From a virus, in the IMG/VR virus record IMGVR_UViG_3300020463_000019, positions 2,293 through 66,292 of that record: a DNA stretch of 64,000 nt; one strand, 5' to 3'. A program made the position numbers and the translations under genes. Positions within the stretch are counted from its first letter, which is position 1, and each line of letters starts with the position of its first letter. Of this stretch, positions 10,055 through 25,310 are shown in pieces. The notes under the pieces were generated by a model. The model saw nothing but the letters and a program-made list of their open reading frames with translations, did no database searches and was not told the DNA's origin.

Positions 10055-13000
10055 TGGCAAAGCGTAAATCCAGTACCTTTCTACCTAAATTTTTACAAAC
10101 TACTAAAAACGAAAAGTTTTTACATGCAACGCTTGACCAATTATTAAACAGTAAAAGTTTAGAAAGAATTGATGGATACATAGGAAAACGTCGTGGTCCT
10201 AGTTATAGTATTTTTGATCCTTACATTAGTACAGTTGGAAGCAACAGACAAAATTATCAGCTCGAACCGAGTGTCACTTATAAGAATGAGGGTGTTCTTG
10301 ACTTTGTAATAACATACGACGATATAATTAGTTATATTGGCAGTAATGGCGGCAATAATTTAAAGCATGATCGTTTATTCAAACAAGAATATTACAACTG
10401 GAGTGGGTTTGCTGATTATGATAAACTAATTAACTTTGGTGAATATTACTGGATGCCAGAAGGTCCTGGTAAAGTAAAAGTTAGTGCAGGTGATATTCCA
10501 TCGTCACAAACTTATGCTATTACACAAGCAAACAATGACCACTACCGCTTTTCACCAACTTATGGAACTGCAAACAATCCAACATTATACCTAGTACGTG
10601 GTGGCAGTTATCAGTTTACAGTTGATCAAGACTCTGAGTTTTGGATTCAAACTGAACCTGGAAAAACTGGTAAAAGTGCAATTAGTTTTAACAGAAGCAC
10701 AAGAGACATTTCTGGTGTAACAAATAATGGAACATCAGACGGAACAATTACTTTTAATGTTCCTCAAACAACTGATCAAGACTTTTTTACAAAAACTTTA
10801 GTCAATGTTGCCGCTATTGACTTGGCCAGTGATTTAACATATAATCAAATTCATGGTAGTACTGTAGATGCATTACAAGCACTTGGCGGAATTGATGGGC
10901 AATTATATTTTGATAATAAGACAATTATTTTTACTCAAGACGTTGATGCTACCAATACATGGCCTGCCGAGGATGGCCCTGACGCTTTAACAACTGATGA
11001 GAAGTTAGCAATATATCGTGTACTTGTATCAAGTGGAGGCAATACTTCTTTGCTGAAAATACAAGACCTTTCTGCTAATCAAAAAGTACAAATTAACGAA
11101 GGTGAATTACACAGTACAAAAGAGTATTATCGTACAAGTGATGGGACACAATTAGAAGTTGTTCCATTAATTAGTGCTCCTTTTAGCACATTATATTATC
11201 AAGATGCTACAACTAGTGGACGTTTAGGAGAAATTAAATTACTTGACGCTACTGATCGTTTTATTGATATTGACACTGAAATACTTGGAAACACACACTA
11301 TACAAGTCCTAACGGAATTAAATTTACCAATGGCATGCACATTGAGTTTGATACTACTGTTATGCCTGTTGCATACCAAAACAAAACTTATATTGTAGAT
11401 GGAATTGGCTCAGGCATTTTGCTTATCGAAAAAGGTACTCATGAAAGTTATGAATTAGATACTACTGAGACAAAAGATTATATAGGAGTACGAAGAGGTT
11501 CGGCTGATAGTAATGCTTGGAGCCGTAGTAATCACTGGTATCATAAAGCTGTGGTAAATGCTATTGCAGATTATAACAATGTGGTTCCAGTAATTGATAA
11601 TGAGAAACGTGCAAATCGTCCTATTATCGAATTTAATAGAAACTTACAACTTTTTAACAGTGGTAATGTTAGTATAGGTGAAGTTGATGTAGTTGATACA
11701 GTAACAACTGATGCATTGAGTAGAGTACAAAACTCCGGTGGTTATATTGTAGACGGAGTCACACTTACAGATGGAATGAAAATAATTTTTCCGAATGATA
11801 CAAATGTAGAAGTTCGTAATAAAATTTATACTGTTGACATTGTTGATTTTGAAGATGATTATTACAATGAAATAAGGTTAATTCCAAGTACAACTACTGT
11901 CGTAGATGGCGATACATTTGTTTGTAAAAAAGGAACAGATCAAAAAGGAAAAAGTTATTATTGGCTTACAGACACTTGGATTTTAGCACAACAAAAGTCA
12001 ACTGTCAACCAGGCTCCTTTATTCGATGTGTTTGACGATAACGGAATAAGTTATGGTAATAATACAATTTATGTAGGCACTAACTTTAGAGGAAGTAAGC
12101 TGTTCGCATATGGAGTTGGTACAGGTGCAAGTGACATTGAATTAGGTTTTGCACTAAAGTATAGAAACTTTAGTAACATTGGAGATATTGTTTTTGATAA
12201 CTCCTATAGCACTGACACTTTCCTTTATACTGCAACCTCAGGTAGCACAACTATTGCAATTAATACTGGTTTTATAAAATTAACTGATAAAAGCAGAACA
12301 GTAAGTTACATAGACGGTTGGACAAAAGTTAAAGACCCTAGCACACAACATCAAGAAGTTGTTTATATTGCAAACGGAGAAGCAGATACTTTTGACATTG
12401 GTGTTAGACCAAAACTTGACTATGATAACAACTATATGCCAGTTGTTGTTTACGTTGACGGAACTGAAATAAAGTCAGGCTACAGTTATCAGTATGTAAA
12501 CGCCAAGCATTGTATAGTTTTTGACGATGCACCTGCAACAAATGCACATCTAATATTTGAAGTATGCAGTGACGAAACAAGTCCGTATGGTGTATATAAG
12601 GTACCAGTAAATTTAAGTAACAACGCATTTAATGCTTCGTTTAATGTAATTACACTTGGACAAATGCGTAACCACGTAGGCGAAACTTTGCGTACTGCGG
12701 CAGACTTCGAAGGGCAATATCCAGGAAGTGGTAATTTACGAGATGTAACAAACAGTGATGTAAACCCAGGAAATATATTACACCATAGTGCTGGTGTGGT
12801 AAATTCAGCATTGTTCTTACAACATGGAAATATGAACTTTATAGATTCCGTTGAGTATAATGCATCTGAATATACAAAGTTTAAACAAAAGTTTATGCAA
12901 GCCGCACAGACCTTAGATATTAATTTTGAAAATATTGCTGATGATGTTGATACAATTCTAAGTAGTATTAATAGTACAAAGAGTAGTGCATTTCCTTTTT

Positions 13001-16000
13001 ATTATAGTGACATGGTGCCACATGGTACTAATAAAAAAATTAGAACATATACTATTACAGATAATAGGCAAGTATCATATCAGTTTGAAACTACATTTAA
13101 CCTTATAACAAATACTAACAGAGCAGTATTAGTATATAGAAATGATGTACAGCTAGTAGAAGGCAAGGATTACACTTTTGAGCCAAATCGTCCAGCCGTA
13201 ACTTTTACAACTGGATTGCTTAACCTTGCAGATATAATCAAAATTGTTGAGTATGAAAATACTGCTGGTAACTATATTCCACAAACACCAACTAAATTAG
13301 GATTGTATCCAAAATTTGAGCCCATTAAGTTTACTGATACAAGTTACATTATTGATGTAGAAATGATTCAAGGGCATGATGGTAGCCTTACTAAAGCCTA
13401 TGGTGGTGTACTTGATGATGTACTACTCGAACTTGAAAAAAGAATTTACAATAATATTAAATCAGTATACAAAGGCAATGTATTTGATGTCAATGAAGTA
13501 ATGCCTGGACGTTGGAGAGATACAGACTATACTACAATTGAGAAGAATACTGTACTTTCTAAATATTTTTTAAAGTGGGCAATTAAAAATAGAATTGATT
13601 GGACTACACATACTGACTACATTAGAGATAACAGATTTACTTGGAACTATAACACACTAGAAGACAGAGTAGACGGTAGATTAATTACAGGTGGATGGCG
13701 TGGTGCATATTGGGATTACTATGACACAGATCGTCCGCATACTCATCCGTGGGAAATGCTAGGATTTTATGTAAAGCCTTCATGGTGGGAAACACGTTAC
13801 GGTCCAGCACCTTACACTAGTGGAAACTTAGTAATGTGGGAAGACTTGCGTGATGGTAAAGTCTATGATGCTGATGGTAACTTTACAGAAAATGATTTAT
13901 ACAAACGACCTGATTTACTTTCGATGCTTCCTGTTAATGATCACGGAACATTAATTGCACCATGGGATAGCATTGCCAGAGGTTCAACTGTATTTGAAAT
14001 GGATGCAAAGTGGACAGTCAATGATTATGGTCCTGCTCAAAGTGCATGGAGAAAAAGCAGTGAATGGCCATTTATGATGCAGGTTGCATCTGCTTTAATG
14101 CGTCCAGCAAAATATTTTGGCCTTATGTATAACACTGATAGTGTAATTCGTAGCACATTAACAGGTAATATTGTTAATACTGCTACTAATAAACAAATTA
14201 AGAAAACTGATTATATTGTACCTTACACAGATCAACTTATAGTAAATGGTTATTCATCATACATTGCAAACTATATGCAATTTCTTGGAGTTGAACTTGC
14301 AGTACTTAAAGACGTGCTTGATAAAGTTGATATAAACCTTGCTTGTAAACTAAGTGCATACACTGATAAGAAAATGCTAAAAGTTCTTGCTGAACAAGTA
14401 AGTCCAAATGCAGTCAGTGAAAATGTGATGGTACCGGACGAAGACTATGAATTATTTGTAAGTAAAACAGGTCCTGTAATTAATGCACCTTATAGTGGCG
14501 TAATTGTGCAATTAACTGATAATGGTTATGTAGTTTATGGTTATAATACAACAGATCCGTTCTTTACTTACCTACCAAGCGTACAAACAAATCGCAAAAA
14601 TACGCACGAAGTACTTGACGAAAGATACATTGAGTATTTAGACTTTGAGGAAGTGCCAATACGCATACCATATGGCACTGAATTTTCTACACCACAACAG
14701 GTGTTTGACTTTTTAGTAGGATATGGACGTTGGTTAGGATTATTAGGTTATGACTTTGATAATTCAACTGAAGAAATAGTTGAAGGTAACGTAGTTGCTA
14801 ACTGGACTATGTCAGCAAAAGAATTTGCATACTGGAAACAACAGCGTTGGGGAGTTGGTGCAGTTGTAAGTTTGAGTCCAAGTGCAAACTTTATTCAGTT
14901 CAATCGTGCTGATGGTATGGTTGATAGTATGGTTACCGAACACAATAGCAAAACTATTTTGAATGAAAATTTCGAAGTACTTGGCATTGACAATTACAGA
15001 ACAAAAAGAGAAGATGGAGTATTTGAACTTACACCTGATCCAGCATCGGGCGGAATATACTTTGCTGATGTTAAAACTGTACAATATGAACATACATTAG
15101 TTCTAAATAACACAACAATTTTTAATGATATTATATATCAACCAGAACTTGGTAATAGACAAAATCGTTTGCGTTTAGTCGGACATAGAACAAACGGATG
15201 GGACGGAAGTTTAACTGCACAAGGATTTATTCTTAATAGAGGTGCAGTAGATCCATGGGTACAAAATACAGATTATGCCAAAGGTGCTATTATAAAATAT
15301 GATGATAATTTGTACACTTCATCCGAAAGACAAACAAGTGAATTAAACTTTGATTATACTAAATGGATACCTACTGATAGTTTTAAACTAGGATTACTTC
15401 CAAACTGGGATACTCTTGGAGGAAACTTTGAAAGTTTCTATAACATAGATGATGTTAATCTTGAAAGTTCAGCAGATGCATTTGGTAAGAGTGTAATTGG
15501 TTATCAGTCACGTGATTACTTGACAAATCTTGGTTTAGATGACACAAGTCAAGTAAAATTTTATCAAGGAATGATTAAAGAAAAAGGAACTAAAAACGCA
15601 ATTGATAAATTGCTTCGTGCGTCATTAGATAACATTACTAGTGATATTGATATGTACGAAGAGTGGGCAATACGTTCAGGAGAGTATGGCGGAACTGATA
15701 TTAATCGTCGTATAGAAATTTTATTAAACGACGCAGACATAACTGGCAATCCTTTTGTAATCCATAATATTGAAAGTATAGAAGACAAAGAAGAAGGAGT
15801 AATGAACCTCCTACCTTCTAACTATTACAAAGCAAATCCAACTACTACTCACAACTGGATACCTATGCATAACAGCGTAGGACTACAGGGAAGTTTATTA
15901 CCATATGCAGGATATGCAAAATTAACTGATGCCGACGCAACATTATTTGACATTTCTAGTTATGAAAATTTAAATGCACAAGTTCCTAATATGAAAGTTG

Positions 16001-19000
16001 GGTACACTCTATATGTTGCAAATGATGACAACAATGATTGGCAAATGTTTTACTTAGATGACTCTAAGGAAAAGGCATTAACAATTACTGCAAGTGATAA
16101 CGATACCCTCCTATGGTCCACTAAAGATAATCATAACATGCAAGAAGGTCAACTATTTGTAGTAACAGATGCCGCTTCGGCAACTGGTGTTCACAGAGTA
16201 TTGCGTACTACTGGACTTAAAACATTTGAAACAAGTGAAACGAATGAAGGACTAGAATACGAAGGCGAGTCTGTTATATTTAAATTTAACAGTATTAGAT
16301 TTACAGACACAAGTAGGTTACTAGAATTCAATCCAAGTCGTGGTTGGAAAGTAAATGACAGATTGTTTGTTGATCAGTATCAAGACAAATGGACAGTATT
16401 CAAAAAAGAAAATGAATATGGTGATCCTCGCACATATACACCAAGAACATACAATTTTGAAGACGGGCGTTTTGGATCATCAGTAGCAATTAACCAAGAA
16501 ATTAGTCTTGGTGTATTTGGTATGCCAACTGTTAACACTCGTGGTGCAGTAACAATTTATATTCCAAACGTAGAAGGCGTACTTGCAGAAGCAACTTTAT
16601 TAAAATCAGATAATACAACAACTGTATTAGAGTTTGGTAAAAGTGTAGATATTCACACTCAATCATTTGCAGTTGGAGCACCTGGAACAAATAATGACAA
16701 CGGTGCAATATTTGTATACACTCGGAATACTCAAACTAACAGTTATGATGTATCACTAGCATTTAGTTTAACAGGACTTGATACAGCAATTGATTACAAG
16801 ACTGCTGACAATACAGTTATCAAAGCAAGTAACGATAGACCAACTACTGGAAGATTAGGAGAAAAAGTACGTTTTTCTAAAGATGGCAAAAAACTTTTTG
16901 TGTCAGCACCAAGAGCAGGTATTGTTTATGTATTTGATCAAGTAGCATCTGGGCCTAAGGCAATTGATCAAACATTTGGTGGTGACGGTATAGAAACAGT
17001 TTTTGAAGCAAGTTCTGATATCAACGGTAGAGCAATTGCTATTGAAGGTGTAGTAAAAATACAAGGCATTGATTATGATGTTCTTGGCAAAACAATTACA
17101 TTTACCAATCCTGTACCTAATGCAGAAAACGTTACAATATTAAGTGGAACACAGTATGTACCAAGTGGAGCAATTCGTCCTTCGACGCTTGTAGGCGGCT
17201 TTGGTGAAAGTATAGCCACAAACGCTGATGGTACAATATTAGTAGTAGGATCTCCAAACGAAGAAAATACATACACACAAGAAGGTGCAACATACGTTTA
17301 CAATTTAACTACAGAACACACAGGCAAAACTGCAGATGTCGACACAGTAAAAACAGATACTAACACACTTTCTGCAGATGTAAAAGAAGGCGACACCTGG
17401 ACACTAACACAAAAAATTACACTAGATGCACTAAACAACCAAGGTGCAAACTATGGTACATCTGTTGCAATGACTGATGATGGACTAAGATTATTTTCAA
17501 GTGCACCTGGCATAGATAGAGCACAACGCTCAAGTGGATTAGTTGTACAGCATGATTATAACGCAACAACTAGTGCATGGGAACTTACAACAAACATAGC
17601 ACAAAACGCTACAGTAGATGATCAGAAATTTGGTGCTAATTTAAATGTTTCTGGCAATGGAACTACACTTGCAGTTGGTGCAATTACAGATACGTTTAAA
17701 GAAACTGCAACTTTTGATGCAGGTGATACAACCTACGATGGCAGTGCAACTGCATACATTGATGATGTAACACGCGGTGGTAATGTATATGTATACCAAG
17801 GCATCGACAAACATTACATACCAGTACAAACACTAGACAATAATTTTATTGACACAGATGATAGATTTGGAAGTGAAATACAAATTATTGATAATAAAAT
17901 TTTTGTTGGTATGCCACTTGATAATAACACAAATACTGATGCAGGTAGAGTGTTTGAATATGATCTAAGCGAAGATATTTTTACGGTAGACGAACAAGAA
18001 GCTCAATTAGTTGACTTCAGTAAGATTAACAAAGTTTACACCTACAGTAAAACTAGAAATGAAGTAATACAATACTACGATTGGATTGATCCTATTAAAG
18101 GAAAGATTCCAGGACTAGCAGATGAAAACATTGATTTTAAAACACTTACTGATCCAGCAACTTACGCATCCACTAAAACATGGGGTCCAGACAACGTTGG
18201 AAAAATATGGTGGGATCTAAGTAAAGTAAAATATCTATATGCTGAGCAAAGTGACTGGGCATATCGTAGCACATTCTGGGGTTCAGTATTCCCAGGTAGT
18301 TCAATCGATGTGTATGAATGGGTTGAAAGTAAAGTACCACCATCAAGTTACGAAGGTGAAGGATCTGTTTACAATCCAGGATTATTTACTACAAATGTTG
18401 AATTGCAAGGATTAATTAATAATACAAAATATTATTTCTGGGTAAAAAATAAACGTGATACTGCTAATAGTAAAACAGCAAGTACATATGATGTTGCTTT
18501 AATGATTGCTGATCCACAAACTTACGGTATACAGTTTGCATCATTTATTAGTGAAACTGATATTGCAATGTCTAACATCATAGAAAATTTAACAAGCAAC
18601 GATACTGTTCTTGTTGTTGATTATGACTTGCAGAAAAATAACCAACTAATACACAGTGAGTGGACACTATTCAAAGAGGGTTATACACAAGACGAATTAC
18701 CAGACAATATTAGACGTAAATGGTTTGATAGTTTAGTTGGGGCAGATACTGCTGGTAACAGTGTTCCTAGTACTAACTTACGTTTTACTGAAAGATATGG
18801 TGTTCAATTCCGTCCAAGACAAAGTATGTTTGTGAACAGGAAAGAAGCACTTAAAGTTTATGTACAAGCAGTCAATGCAGTACTTGCTCAAACTCCTGTT
18901 GCAATTACAAAAGATATAAGTCCTTTATTTGAAGCAGACCCAATGCCAACTGAAAACAGTAACGAGTGGGATCAAAAAGTTCTTAATCAAGAGCAATTAG

Positions 19001-22000
19001 GTTTTGTTCGTGTAAACGAGAAAGTCACTGGACATAAAGTTCTTGTAGAACAAGATGATAATATACAAAACTTGTGGAGCATTTACCAATTAAACACAAA
19101 CAAAACTTGGACATTGATTAAATTACAAAGTTATGATGTAACCACACAATGGGGATATGCAGATTGGTATGCTACTGGATATGATGCAACAACATACATC
19201 AAGTATCAAGTGGAGTTAGTTAAAGACTTAGTTGATGTTATACCAGACGCTGGCGATGTTGTAAGAGTCAACAACGGCGGAAACTGGGAGTTACATCGTT
19301 GGAACGGTGTTGAATATGTTATAATTGCTATAAAAAATGGAACTATTGAACTAGCAAATAGTTTGTATGACTATTCAGTAAGTCGTTATGGTTACGACAG
19401 TGAAGTATTTGATTTCCAACTTTACGACCAAGAACCACAGATTGAAACTAGAAAAATTATTGAAACTGTTTATTCTAACATTTTTACAGAGTCCCTTACA
19501 ATTGAAAACAATCGTATTTGGACAAAGATGATGTATTACATACTCGACGAACAACCATTTGTTGATTGGTTATTTAAGACAAGTTTTGTAAGTGTAAATC
19601 ATAAAATTAGAGCGTTAGATGCGTTACCGTATTATCGTAGAGATAATCAGGATTATGTTAAAGACTTTATTAGCGAAGCAAAACCTTACCATACTAAGAT
19701 TAGAGAATATGTATTAAACTATAATAAGACTGATCCGTATGATGGTGATGTAACTGACTTTGATGTACATAGTTATTATGATACAGAAAACAATTATTAT
19801 CGTAAGCCAAACAGCAGAGACGGTGATGCAGATTTATTAGCGGCCGGTGTTAATATTCCGTTTAATGAAAATTATACATTTGAAGTAGGTGATATTACAG
19901 TTTATGATGGCGGCTCAGGTTATGTAACTGCACCAGCAGTCACTATTAGTGGTGGCGGCGGCAGTGGTGCTGAAGCAACCTCAACTATCACAGACGGAGG
20001 AATAGTAAACTCAATTACAGTTACTAAGCCAGGTACAGGATACACTAGCACTCCAACAGTAACAATAGCCGAAAGCACAGGCACTACAGGAACAGCATAT
20101 GCTAGATTGACAAATGCAAAAGTTCGTACTTTTGATACAACTATGAAGTTTGATAGAACTCTTGAAGCAAGTAATACTGCGGTTACTATAGAATCAATTT
20201 ACAATATACCAAGTGAATCTAGAACAAGGGTATCTGAATGGAGCCCTGGTGTTACATATCTTGCAGGAGATGTTATTAAGCGTTCATACACAGTAACTAG
20301 AGAGCCTATTAGAGTTGATGTTATTAACAATATTATTGGAAGTAGAGAAAGTGTAACTATTGATATTGTCGAGGAGTATTTTGTTCCAAAGGCGTATACA
20401 AGTTCAACTAGTATTCTACATGATCTAAATCAAAATAGATTGGTAAAAATTGATCCAAGTCTTAAGTTTGGTAGAGTTAAAAATACAAGTGATATTTTAG
20501 ATTGGAAAGCAAATACAAGTTATTCATTAAATGACGAAATTAGTTATCAAGGTGAGGCGTATCGGGCAACTGAAGACTTTACAAGTGGCCCTACATTTAC
20601 AAGTGATAGTCTAGTAGTCATTGCTGATGAAACTTTTGAAAATGCTATGGATCGTACAATGGCGTTTTACCAGCCAACCACAACACAGGCCGCAAGAGAA
20701 TTAGAAAATATTTTCAGTGGAATTGAATATCCAAATAATAAAATATTAGGTCCTGGATTTGATCTCGAACCTGGATTTGGACGTAGTGGATTTGATGCTA
20801 TTCCTTATGATAACTTTGAGATTGGTGACGAAGGTATTGCAATGCTTAGTGGTGTTGTTGATACTACTATCACTGCAAGTAATATTCAAATAAGTGGATT
20901 AGAACTTGAATCAGGATCTTATATTAAATTTGATTATGTTGAACCTGGCTATGCAGAAAATACTACTGTGCTTGTTGAAGGTGTGACAGTTGCAGACGTA
21001 CTAAGAAATAGATTTGGTGACTCGTTACTGGGAACACAACCTGACGATATTGATATTACCGGTGGAAAATTTGTAGATCAGTTTAGTTCGCATTCCACCG
21101 AAGAAACAGTTCCAGGTCGTGTATTTGATAGTTTGGATATGGAAGTATACCAAAGTCCAAGTAGTATTGTAGGCAATGAAGGACTTAGTCCAAGAATTGA
21201 TATTATCAAACATGCTGGTGATGGCAGTACTACCAAGTTTAGTTTTGTGACTTCTGATTATAGACACAATATGAACTTACTAGTTTACACAACTCAAACA
21301 GGTAAAGTACAACCAGATGAGTATACAGTAGATTGGACAGACTTTACAATTAATTTTGTAACTGCACCAGCGTCAAATGATATTGTTGATATTATCAGTA
21401 TTGGTAACACTGGTGAAAACATGGTGTTGGATACAGTTTACACAGGAGACGGAAGCACAAAAGAATTTATCTTACCAATCAATTATTCATTAGCAAAACA
21501 AAGTCTTGTTATTATGGATGGCGTTAAAACTGCCCACACTATTACTGAACAAAATAGTAGTAGAGCAGTTTTAAATTTTGCTACTGCACCGGCAGTTGAT
21601 AAGCACATACATATTTTTATTTTCAACTTAGATCCAACAGGCGATATAGCATACAGTCATGTAGCACAAGAAATGTTTACAATGGATGGAAGTACTCGTA
21701 CATTTACACTTGCACAAGAGCCATTCTATGATGCTCCAACTGATGCAAAAGTTTATGTAGAATTATTAGAAGCAAGATTACGTCCAGCGGTATATACATA
21801 TTTTACTGGCGATGGTGCAACAACTACATATACATTAACTTCAAATGCAGATATAGATCATAGAGCAATAACTGCATCAGATATAAGCGTATTTGTTGGT
21901 GGTGCAAGTAACAGTGCCTGGACATTAGACGCTGATGATGGAAGTAGTGCAAGAACAATAACATTTACTACGGCTCCAACAAGTGGATCAAGAATTGCTA

Positions 22001-23025
22001 TTGGTGATAATACCAATGCAGAATTTACTATTTCAGGTAGTAATATAACACTTGATAGTGGACTATCAATTCCAACAGGTGAAAAATTAAACGTAACTTC
22101 ATTTAGCAATCATGATGCATTACAAATGACGGCAGAAACATTTGTAGGACTTTCAACAGGTGAAGTAACACTGAAGATGGGTTATGGTGTCGACAGATTT
22201 GACACAATTGGATATGATGGAGATGACTTCTTGGTTGTTAATAGTCCTTCATATACATTATTTGTAACACCAGAAAATATTAATTACTTGTGGGTTACAT
22301 TGAATAGTGTTAGATTAAGTTTAAACACTGACTATGAGATAGACAACGATAAACTATTGATTAAACGTGCTATTACTGGTACTGATGTACTCGTTGTTAA
22401 TCACTTTAGTGAGAACACAATCAAACATAGAATTGCATGGAGAATGTTTAAAGATGTAGTAGGATCTACTAAGTTCTTCCGTATGATTGATGATGCTACA
22501 ACTGAGCTTACAAAGAAACTTAGTAAATTAGATGTAGAAGTTCATGTAAAAGACGGAAGTAAACTTGCAAAACCAAGCGTAGCACAAAACCTTCCAGGTG
22601 TTGTGTTTATTGGTAGTGAAAGAATTACATATTGGGAAATAGATGGCAATATACTAAAAAATATACGTCGTGGAACTATGGGAACAGGAATTCCATTTGC
22701 ACACTACAAAGGCGATCAAGTTATTGACACAAGCGAACGTCAAACAGTTGAAGACGGATATAGTAGCGTTTGGTATGAAGATATCAATGCTGATAGTGCA
22801 ACTACCACACTTACTGCTGATTATGGTGATAATGTAATTACAGCAGATAATGATAAGGAAACTAACTCAAGTACAACCAGTTTACAGTATCAAACAACAA
22901 AACAAGCCAACTTTTTGAACCAATTTGTTGGTACTATACCAGAAATTAGTGTTGCATTTGATCAATCAGGTAGGTATTTAGCAAGTGGCTATGTACAAGA
23001 TAATTACGTTTTAATTAACGAATAA
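10054..23025 (+). CDS. Giant (4323 aa) baseplate wedge/receptor-binding structural protein
   Basis: Coupled to gp6. FG-GAP-like propeller repeats (~16450-17970: FGSSVAI, FAVGAPG, FGESIA, LVVGSP), CBM5/12-like '[20 protein letters not shown]' repeats and several 'GDGST..F' Ig-like repeats. Confidence 0.7.
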   Translation: MAKRKSSTFLPKFLQTTKNEKFLHATLDQLLNSKSLERIDGYIGKRRGPSYSIFDPYISTVGSNRQNYQLEPSVTYKNEGVLDFVITYDDIISYIGSNGGNNLKHDRLFKQEYYNWSGFADYDKLINFGEYYWMPEGPGKVKVSAGDIPSSQTYAITQANNDHYRFSPTYGTANNPTLYLVRGGSYQFTVDQDSEFWIQTEPGKTGKSAISFNRSTRDISGVTNNGTSDGTITFNVPQTTDQDFFTKTLVNVAAIDLASDLTYNQIHGSTVDALQALGGIDGQLYFDNKTIIFTQDVDATNTWPAEDGPDALTTDEKLAIYRVLVSSGGNTSLLKIQDLSANQKVQINEGELHSTKEYYRTSDGTQLEVVPLISAPFSTLYYQDATTSGRLGEIKLLDATDRFIDIDTEILGNTHYTSPNGIKFTNGMHIEFDTTVMPVAYQNKTYIVDGIGSGILLIEKGTHESYELDTTETKDYIGVRRGSADSNAWSRSNHWYHKAVVNAIADYNNVVPVIDNEKRANRPIIEFNRNLQLFNSGNVSIGEVDVVDTVTTDALSRVQNSGGYIVDGVTLTDGMKIIFPNDTNVEVRNKIYTVDIVDFEDDYYNEIRLIPSTTTVVDGDTFVCKKGTDQKGKSYYWLTDTWILAQQKSTVNQAPLFDVFDDNGISYGNNTIYVGTNFRGSKLFAYGVGTGASDIELGFALKYRNFSNIGDIVFDNSYSTDTFLYTATSGSTTIAINTGFIKLTDKSRTVSYIDGWTKVKDPSTQHQEVVYIANGEADTFDIGVRPKLDYDNNYMPVVVYVDGTEIKSGYSYQYVNAKHCIVFDDAPATNAHLIFEVCSDETSPYGVYKVPVNLSNNAFNASFNVITLGQMRNHVGETLRTAADFEGQYPGSGNLRDVTNSDVNPGNILHHSAGVVNSALFLQHGNMNFIDSVEYNASEYTKFKQKFMQAAQTLDINFENIADDVDTILSSINSTKSSAFPFYYSDMVPHGTNKKIRTYTITDNRQVSYQFETTFNLITNTNRAVLVYRNDVQLVEGKDYTFEPNRPAVTFTTGLLNLADIIKIVEYENTAGNYIPQTPTKLGLYPKFEPIKFTDTSYIIDVEMIQGHDGSLTKAYGGVLDDVLLELEKRIYNNIKSVYKGNVFDVNEVMPGRWRDTDYTTIEKNTVLSKYFLKWAIKNRIDWTTHTDYIRDNRFTWNYNTLEDRVDGRLITGGWRGAYWDYYDTDRPHTHPWEMLGFYVKPSWWETRYGPAPYTSGNLVMWEDLRDGKVYDADGNFTENDLYKRPDLLSMLPVNDHGTLIAPWDSIARGSTVFEMDAKWTVNDYGPAQSAWRKSSEWPFMMQVASALMRPAKYFGLMYNTDSVIRSTLTGNIVNTATNKQIKKTDYIVPYTDQLIVNGYSSYIANYMQFLGVELAVLKDVLDKVDINLACKLSAYTDKKMLKVLAEQVSPNAVSENVMVPDEDYELFVSKTGPVINAPYSGVIVQLTDNGYVVYGYNTTDPFFTYLPSVQTNRKNTHEVLDERYIEYLDFEEVPIRIPYGTEFSTPQQVFDFLVGYGRWLGLLGYDFDNSTEEIVEGNVVANWTMSAKEFAYWKQQRWGVGAVVSLSPSANFIQFNRADGMVDSMVTEHNSKTILNENFEVLGIDNYRTKREDGVFELTPDPASGGIYFADVKTVQYEHTLVLNNTTIFNDIIYQPELGNRQNRLRLVGHRTNGWDGSLTAQGFILNRGAVDPWVQNTDYAKGAIIKYDDNLYTSSERQTSELNFDYTKWIPTDSFKLGLLPNWDTLGGNFESFYNIDDVNLESSADAFGKSVIGYQSRDYLTNLGLDDTSQVKFYQGMIKEKGTKNAIDKLLRASLDNITSDIDMYEEWAIRSGEYGGTDINRRIEILLNDADITGNPFVIHNIESIEDKEEGVMNLLPSNYYKANPTTTHNWIPMHNSVGLQGSLLPYAGYAKLTDADATLFDISSYENLNAQVPNMKVGYTLYVANDDNNDWQMFYLDDSKEKALTITASDNDTLLWSTKDNHNMQEGQLFVVTDAASATGVHRVLRTTGLKTFETSETNEGLEYEGESVIFKFNSIRFTDTSRLLEFNPSRGWKVNDRLFVDQYQDKWTVFKKENEYGDPRTYTPRTYNFEDGRFGSSVAINQEISLGVFGMPTVNTRGAVTIYIPNVEGVLAEATLLKSDNTTTVLEFGKSVDIHTQSFAVGAPGTNNDNGAIFVYTRNTQTNSYDVSLAFSLTGLDTAIDYKTADNTVIKASNDRPTTGRLGEKVRFSKDGKKLFVSAPRAGIVYVFDQVASGPKAIDQTFGGDGIETVFEASSDINGRAIAIEGVVKIQGIDYDVLGKTITFTNPVPNAENVTILSGTQYVPSGAIRPSTLVGGFGESIATNADGTILVVGSPNEENTYTQEGATYVYNLTTEHTGKTADVDTVKTDTNTLSADVKEGDTWTLTQKITLDALNNQGANYGTSVAMTDDGLRLFSSAPGIDRAQRSSGLVVQHDYNATTSAWELTTNIAQNATVDDQKFGANLNVSGNGTTLAVGAITDTFKETATFDAGDTTYDGSATAYIDDVTRGGNVYVYQGIDKHYIPVQTLDNNFIDTDDRFGSEIQIIDNKIFVGMPLDNNTNTDAGRVFEYDLSEDIFTVDEQEAQLVDFSKINKVYTYSKTRNEVIQYYDWIDPIKGKIPGLADENIDFKTLTDPATYASTKTWGPDNVGKIWWDLSKVKYLYAEQSDWAYRSTFWGSVFPGSSIDVYEWVESKVPPSSYEGEGSVYNPGLFTTNVELQGLINNTKYYFWVKNKRDTANSKTASTYDVALMIADPQTYGIQFASFISETDIAMSNIIENLTSNDTVLVVDYDLQKNNQLIHSEWTLFKEGYTQDELPDNIRRKWFDSLVGADTAGNSVPSTNLRFTERYGVQFRPRQSMFVNRKEALKVYVQAVNAVLAQTPVAITKDISPLFEADPMPTENSNEWDQKVLNQEQLGFVRVNEKVTGHKVLVEQDDNIQNLWSIYQLNTNKTWTLIKLQSYDVTTQWGYADWYATGYDATTYIKYQVELVKDLVDVIPDAGDVVRVNNGGNWELHRWNGVEYVIIAIKNGTIELANSLYDYSVSRYGYDSEVFDFQLYDQEPQIETRKIIETVYSNIFTESLTIENNRIWTKMMYYILDEQPFVDWLFKTSFVSVNHKIRALDALPYYRRDNQDYVKDFISEAKPYHTKIREYVLNYNKTDPYDGDVTDFDVHSYYDTENNYYRKPNSRDGDADLLAAGVNIPFNENYTFEVGDITVYDGGSGYVTAPAVTISGGGGSGAEATSTITDGGIVNSITVTKPGTGYTSTPTVTIAESTGTTGTAYARLTNAKVRTFDTTMKFDRTLEASNTAVTIESIYNIPSESRTRVSEWSPGVTYLAGDVIKRSYTVTREPIRVDVINNIIGSRESVTIDIVEEYFVPKAYTSSTSILHDLNQNRLVKIDPSLKFGRVKNTSDILDWKANTSYSLNDEISYQGEAYRATEDFTSGPTFTSDSLVVIADETFENAMDRTMAFYQPTTTQAARELENIFSGIEYPNNKILGPGFDLEPGFGRSGFDAIPYDNFEIGDEGIAMLSGVVDTTITASNIQISGLELESGSYIKFDYVEPGYAENTTVLVEGVTVADVLRNRFGDSLLGTQPDDIDITGGKFVDQFSSHSTEETVPGRVFDSLDMEVYQSPSSIVGNEGLSPRIDIIKHAGDGSTTKFSFVTSDYRHNMNLLVYTTQTGKVQPDEYTVDWTDFTINFVTAPASNDIVDIISIGNTGENMVLDTVYTGDGSTKEFILPINYSLAKQSLVIMDGVKTAHTITEQNSSRAVLNFATAPAVDKHIHIFIFNLDPTGDIAYSHVAQEMFTMDGSTRTFTLAQEPFYDAPTDAKVYVELLEARLRPAVYTYFTGDGATTTYTLTSNADIDHRAITASDISVFVGGASNSAWTLDADDGSSARTITFTTAPTSGSRIAIGDNTNAEFTISGSNITLDSGLSIPTGEKLNVTSFSNHDALQMTAETFVGLSTGEVTLKMGYGVDRFDTIGYDGDDFLVVNSPSYTLFVTPENINYLWVTLNSVRLSLNTDYEIDNDKLLIKRAITGTDVLVVNHFSENTIKHRIAWRMFKDVVGSTKFFRMIDDATTELTKKLSKLDVEVHVKDGSKLAKPSVAQNLPGVVFIGSERITYWEIDGNILKNIRRGTMGTGIPFAHYKGDQVIDTSERQTVEDGYSSVWYEDINADSATTTLTADYGDNVITADNDKETNSSTTSLQYQTTKQANFLNQFVGTIPEISVAFDQSGRYLASGYVQDNYVLINE

Positions 23026-23028
23026 ATA
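23023..23028 (+). promoter_or_regulatory. T4-like late promoter motif
   Basis: ATAAATA overlapping the stop of the giant gene, upstream of 23060. Confidence 0.45.
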
Positions 23029-23059
23029 AAGTTATATAATTTAAGGGGTTATAGATAAA

Positions 23060-25309
23060 ATGGCAATAGTATTTCGTAGAAACAAAAGTACGCCGTTAAC
23101 GTTTGAAGAACTTGACGGAAACTTTGATGATGTCAATAATCGAATTACATCAATCGAAGGTTCGTTCGCTGTTTCAGTTAATGGGCTAACCGGTACTGTA
23201 GTTTTAGACACAGATAATATAAGTGAAGGTTCAACCAACCTTTATTACACACAAGGAAGGTTTGACACTGCTTTTGGAAACAAAAACACTGATGGACTAA
23301 CAGAAGGTTCAACCAACCTTTACTTTACCAATGCAAGAGTACAAACTGCAATGAACTCAATTAGTATTGATGCTCTTTCAGACGCTGACACTACTACTGC
23401 TGCCCCTTCAGTTAGTGATGTGTTAACTTGGGATGGTAGTAATTGGAAGCCACTAGCGGCTCCGGGTGCATCAGGTGGTGAAGCCAATACAGGAAGTAAT
23501 GTTGGTACAGGCGCAGGAATTTTTAAACAAAAAGTTGGCGTTAACTTAGAACTATACAGTCTTAGAACATCTGATACAAATCTTACAGTCACACAAAACA
23601 CAGGTAATAACACAGTTGATCTTGCGTTTCTTCCGACTGGCAACTTAGACATGAATGCACAAAGAATTGTAAATCTTACTGATCCAGTTGGTGCACAAAA
23701 TGCGGCTACCAAAGCGTATGTTGACAGTTTAGCAGGAAGTGGAACACTTGATATTTTAGCAGATGATGGTAGTACAACTATTACTATTGACTTAGCAACT
23801 GAAACATTAACAATTGCCGGAACTGCAAATCAAATTACTTCATCAGTAGCAGGCAACGTAGTTACACTTGGTTTACCATCAAGTATAAATGTCAACTCAG
23901 CAACTACTACTGCACTTGCTACTGCAAGAGATATTGCATTGACAGGCGTAGTAACTGGTACTGCAAGTTTTGATGGAACAGCAAATGCGTCTATTAATAC
24001 TGCATTTAGCGGATTAAATGTGACACTTGGTACTGACACAACTGGTAGTTATGTAGCAACACTAAGTGGAACAAACGGAATTTTAGTTACAGGTGGCGGT
24101 GCAGGCGAAGGAACTACACCATCGATTGGTCTTGATACTGGTAGTAGTGCCACAATGCAAGACTTAGTACTCACAGGTAACTTGGAAGTACAAGGAACCA
24201 CTACAACAATCAGCACAACTAATACAACAATCACAGATTCATTAATTGAACTACAAAGTGGATTATCAGGTGCACCAAGTAACGACTCAGGAATTATTAT
24301 TGACCGTGGATCATCTAACAATGTGTTTATTGGTTGGGATGAAAGCGAAGATAAAGTAGTAGTTGGCATAGGTTCATTCACTGGAGCAAGTACAGGCAAC
24401 CTTACAACAAGTGCGGCAACGTTTGCGGCAGGACAATTAGAAGCAGGTAACATTACAATTGAAACAGGAAATATCAATACAACAAGTGGGGACTTAACAT
24501 TTGTTCCGGCTGGTAATATTGCAGTTTCGTCTAAATTAATAACAGGTGTTGCTGATCCAGTTGGTGCACAAGATGCGGCTACAAAAGCATATGTTGATAC
24601 TGAAGTTGCAGGAGCAAGTGCTAGCCAAGACATTGCAGGTGATTCAGGCACAGGCACAACAACATCAGGTACTGATACATTAACATTTACTGGTGGTGCA
24701 GATATTACCACAAGCGTAAGTGGCTCAACAGTAACTTTTGCAGTAGATAATCCAGTTGCAGGTGCAACTGTTGCGGCATCAGTGAACACAATAGCCGCAA
24801 CTGCAAACCAAAGCTACTATCCAACATTTGTTGATGCCAACAACGCATCATCAACTGCAGAACTAGTTTATTCTGCAAGTACATTAACTTATAATCCAAG
24901 TACAGATACTTTGACTGCCGCCAACTTTGCTGGTGAATCATTAACTGCAAAGTACGCTGATATTGCAGAAAAATATTCAAGCGATATGCAATACGATCCT
25001 GGAACAGTAGTAATGGTTGGAGGCAAGAAAGAAACAACTGCATGGAATGGTACAAGTAACTATGTTGCAGGAGTAGTTTCAACTAAACCTGCTTATTTGA
25101 TGAATTCTACACTAGAAGGCGGCATTGAAGTGGCACTGGTTGGACGTGTTCCGGTCCGTGTTACAGGGGCCATAAATAAAGGACAAGCCACGTTTGCAGT
25201 CGACGGAGGCACTAGTAGTGCATCAAGTAGCGGCCCAATTGTTGGTATTGCATTAGAAACTAGCGCCGATGAAGGCGAGAAATTAGTAGAGTGTTTACTT
25301 AAGATTTAA
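23060..25309 (+). CDS. Tail fibre-like protein with C-terminal intramolecular chaperone (peptidase G2-like)
   Basis: Thr/Gly/Ser-rich; 'AATKAYVD' fibre motifs; C-terminal 'YADIAEKY..GVVSTKPAYLMN..VALVGRVPV'. Confidence 0.7.
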   Translation: MAIVFRRNKSTPLTFEELDGNFDDVNNRITSIEGSFAVSVNGLTGTVVLDTDNISEGSTNLYYTQGRFDTAFGNKNTDGLTEGSTNLYFTNARVQTAMNSISIDALSDADTTTAAPSVSDVLTWDGSNWKPLAAPGASGGEANTGSNVGTGAGIFKQKVGVNLELYSLRTSDTNLTVTQNTGNNTVDLAFLPTGNLDMNAQRIVNLTDPVGAQNAATKAYVDSLAGSGTLDILADDGSTTITIDLATETLTIAGTANQITSSVAGNVVTLGLPSSINVNSATTTALATARDIALTGVVTGTASFDGTANASINTAFSGLNVTLGTDTTGSYVATLSGTNGILVTGGGAGEGTTPSIGLDTGSSATMQDLVLTGNLEVQGTTTTISTTNTTITDSLIELQSGLSGAPSNDSGIIIDRGSSNNVFIGWDESEDKVVVGIGSFTGASTGNLTTSAATFAAGQLEAGNITIETGNINTTSGDLTFVPAGNIAVSSKLITGVADPVGAQDAATKAYVDTEVAGASASQDIAGDSGTGTTTSGTDTLTFTGGADITTSVSGSTVTFAVDNPVAGATVAASVNTIAATANQSYYPTFVDANNASSTAELVYSASTLTYNPSTDTLTAANFAGESLTAKYADIAEKYSSDMQYDPGTVVMVGGKKETTAWNGTSNYVAGVVSTKPAYLMNSTLEGGIEVALVGRVPVRVTGAINKGQATFAVDGGTSSASSSGPIVGIALETSADEGEKLVECLLKI
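23225..23322 (+). repeat. 20-bp exact direct repeat (GAAGGTTCAACCAACCTTTA) encoding EGSTNLY twice
   Basis: Copies at 23225-23244 and 23303-23322. Confidence 0.85.
23679..24597 (+). repeat. 46-bp near-identical intragenic repeat encoding DPVGAQ(N/D)AATKAYVD
   Basis: Copies at 23679-23724 and 24552-24597. Confidence 0.8.
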
Positions 25310-25310
25310 T

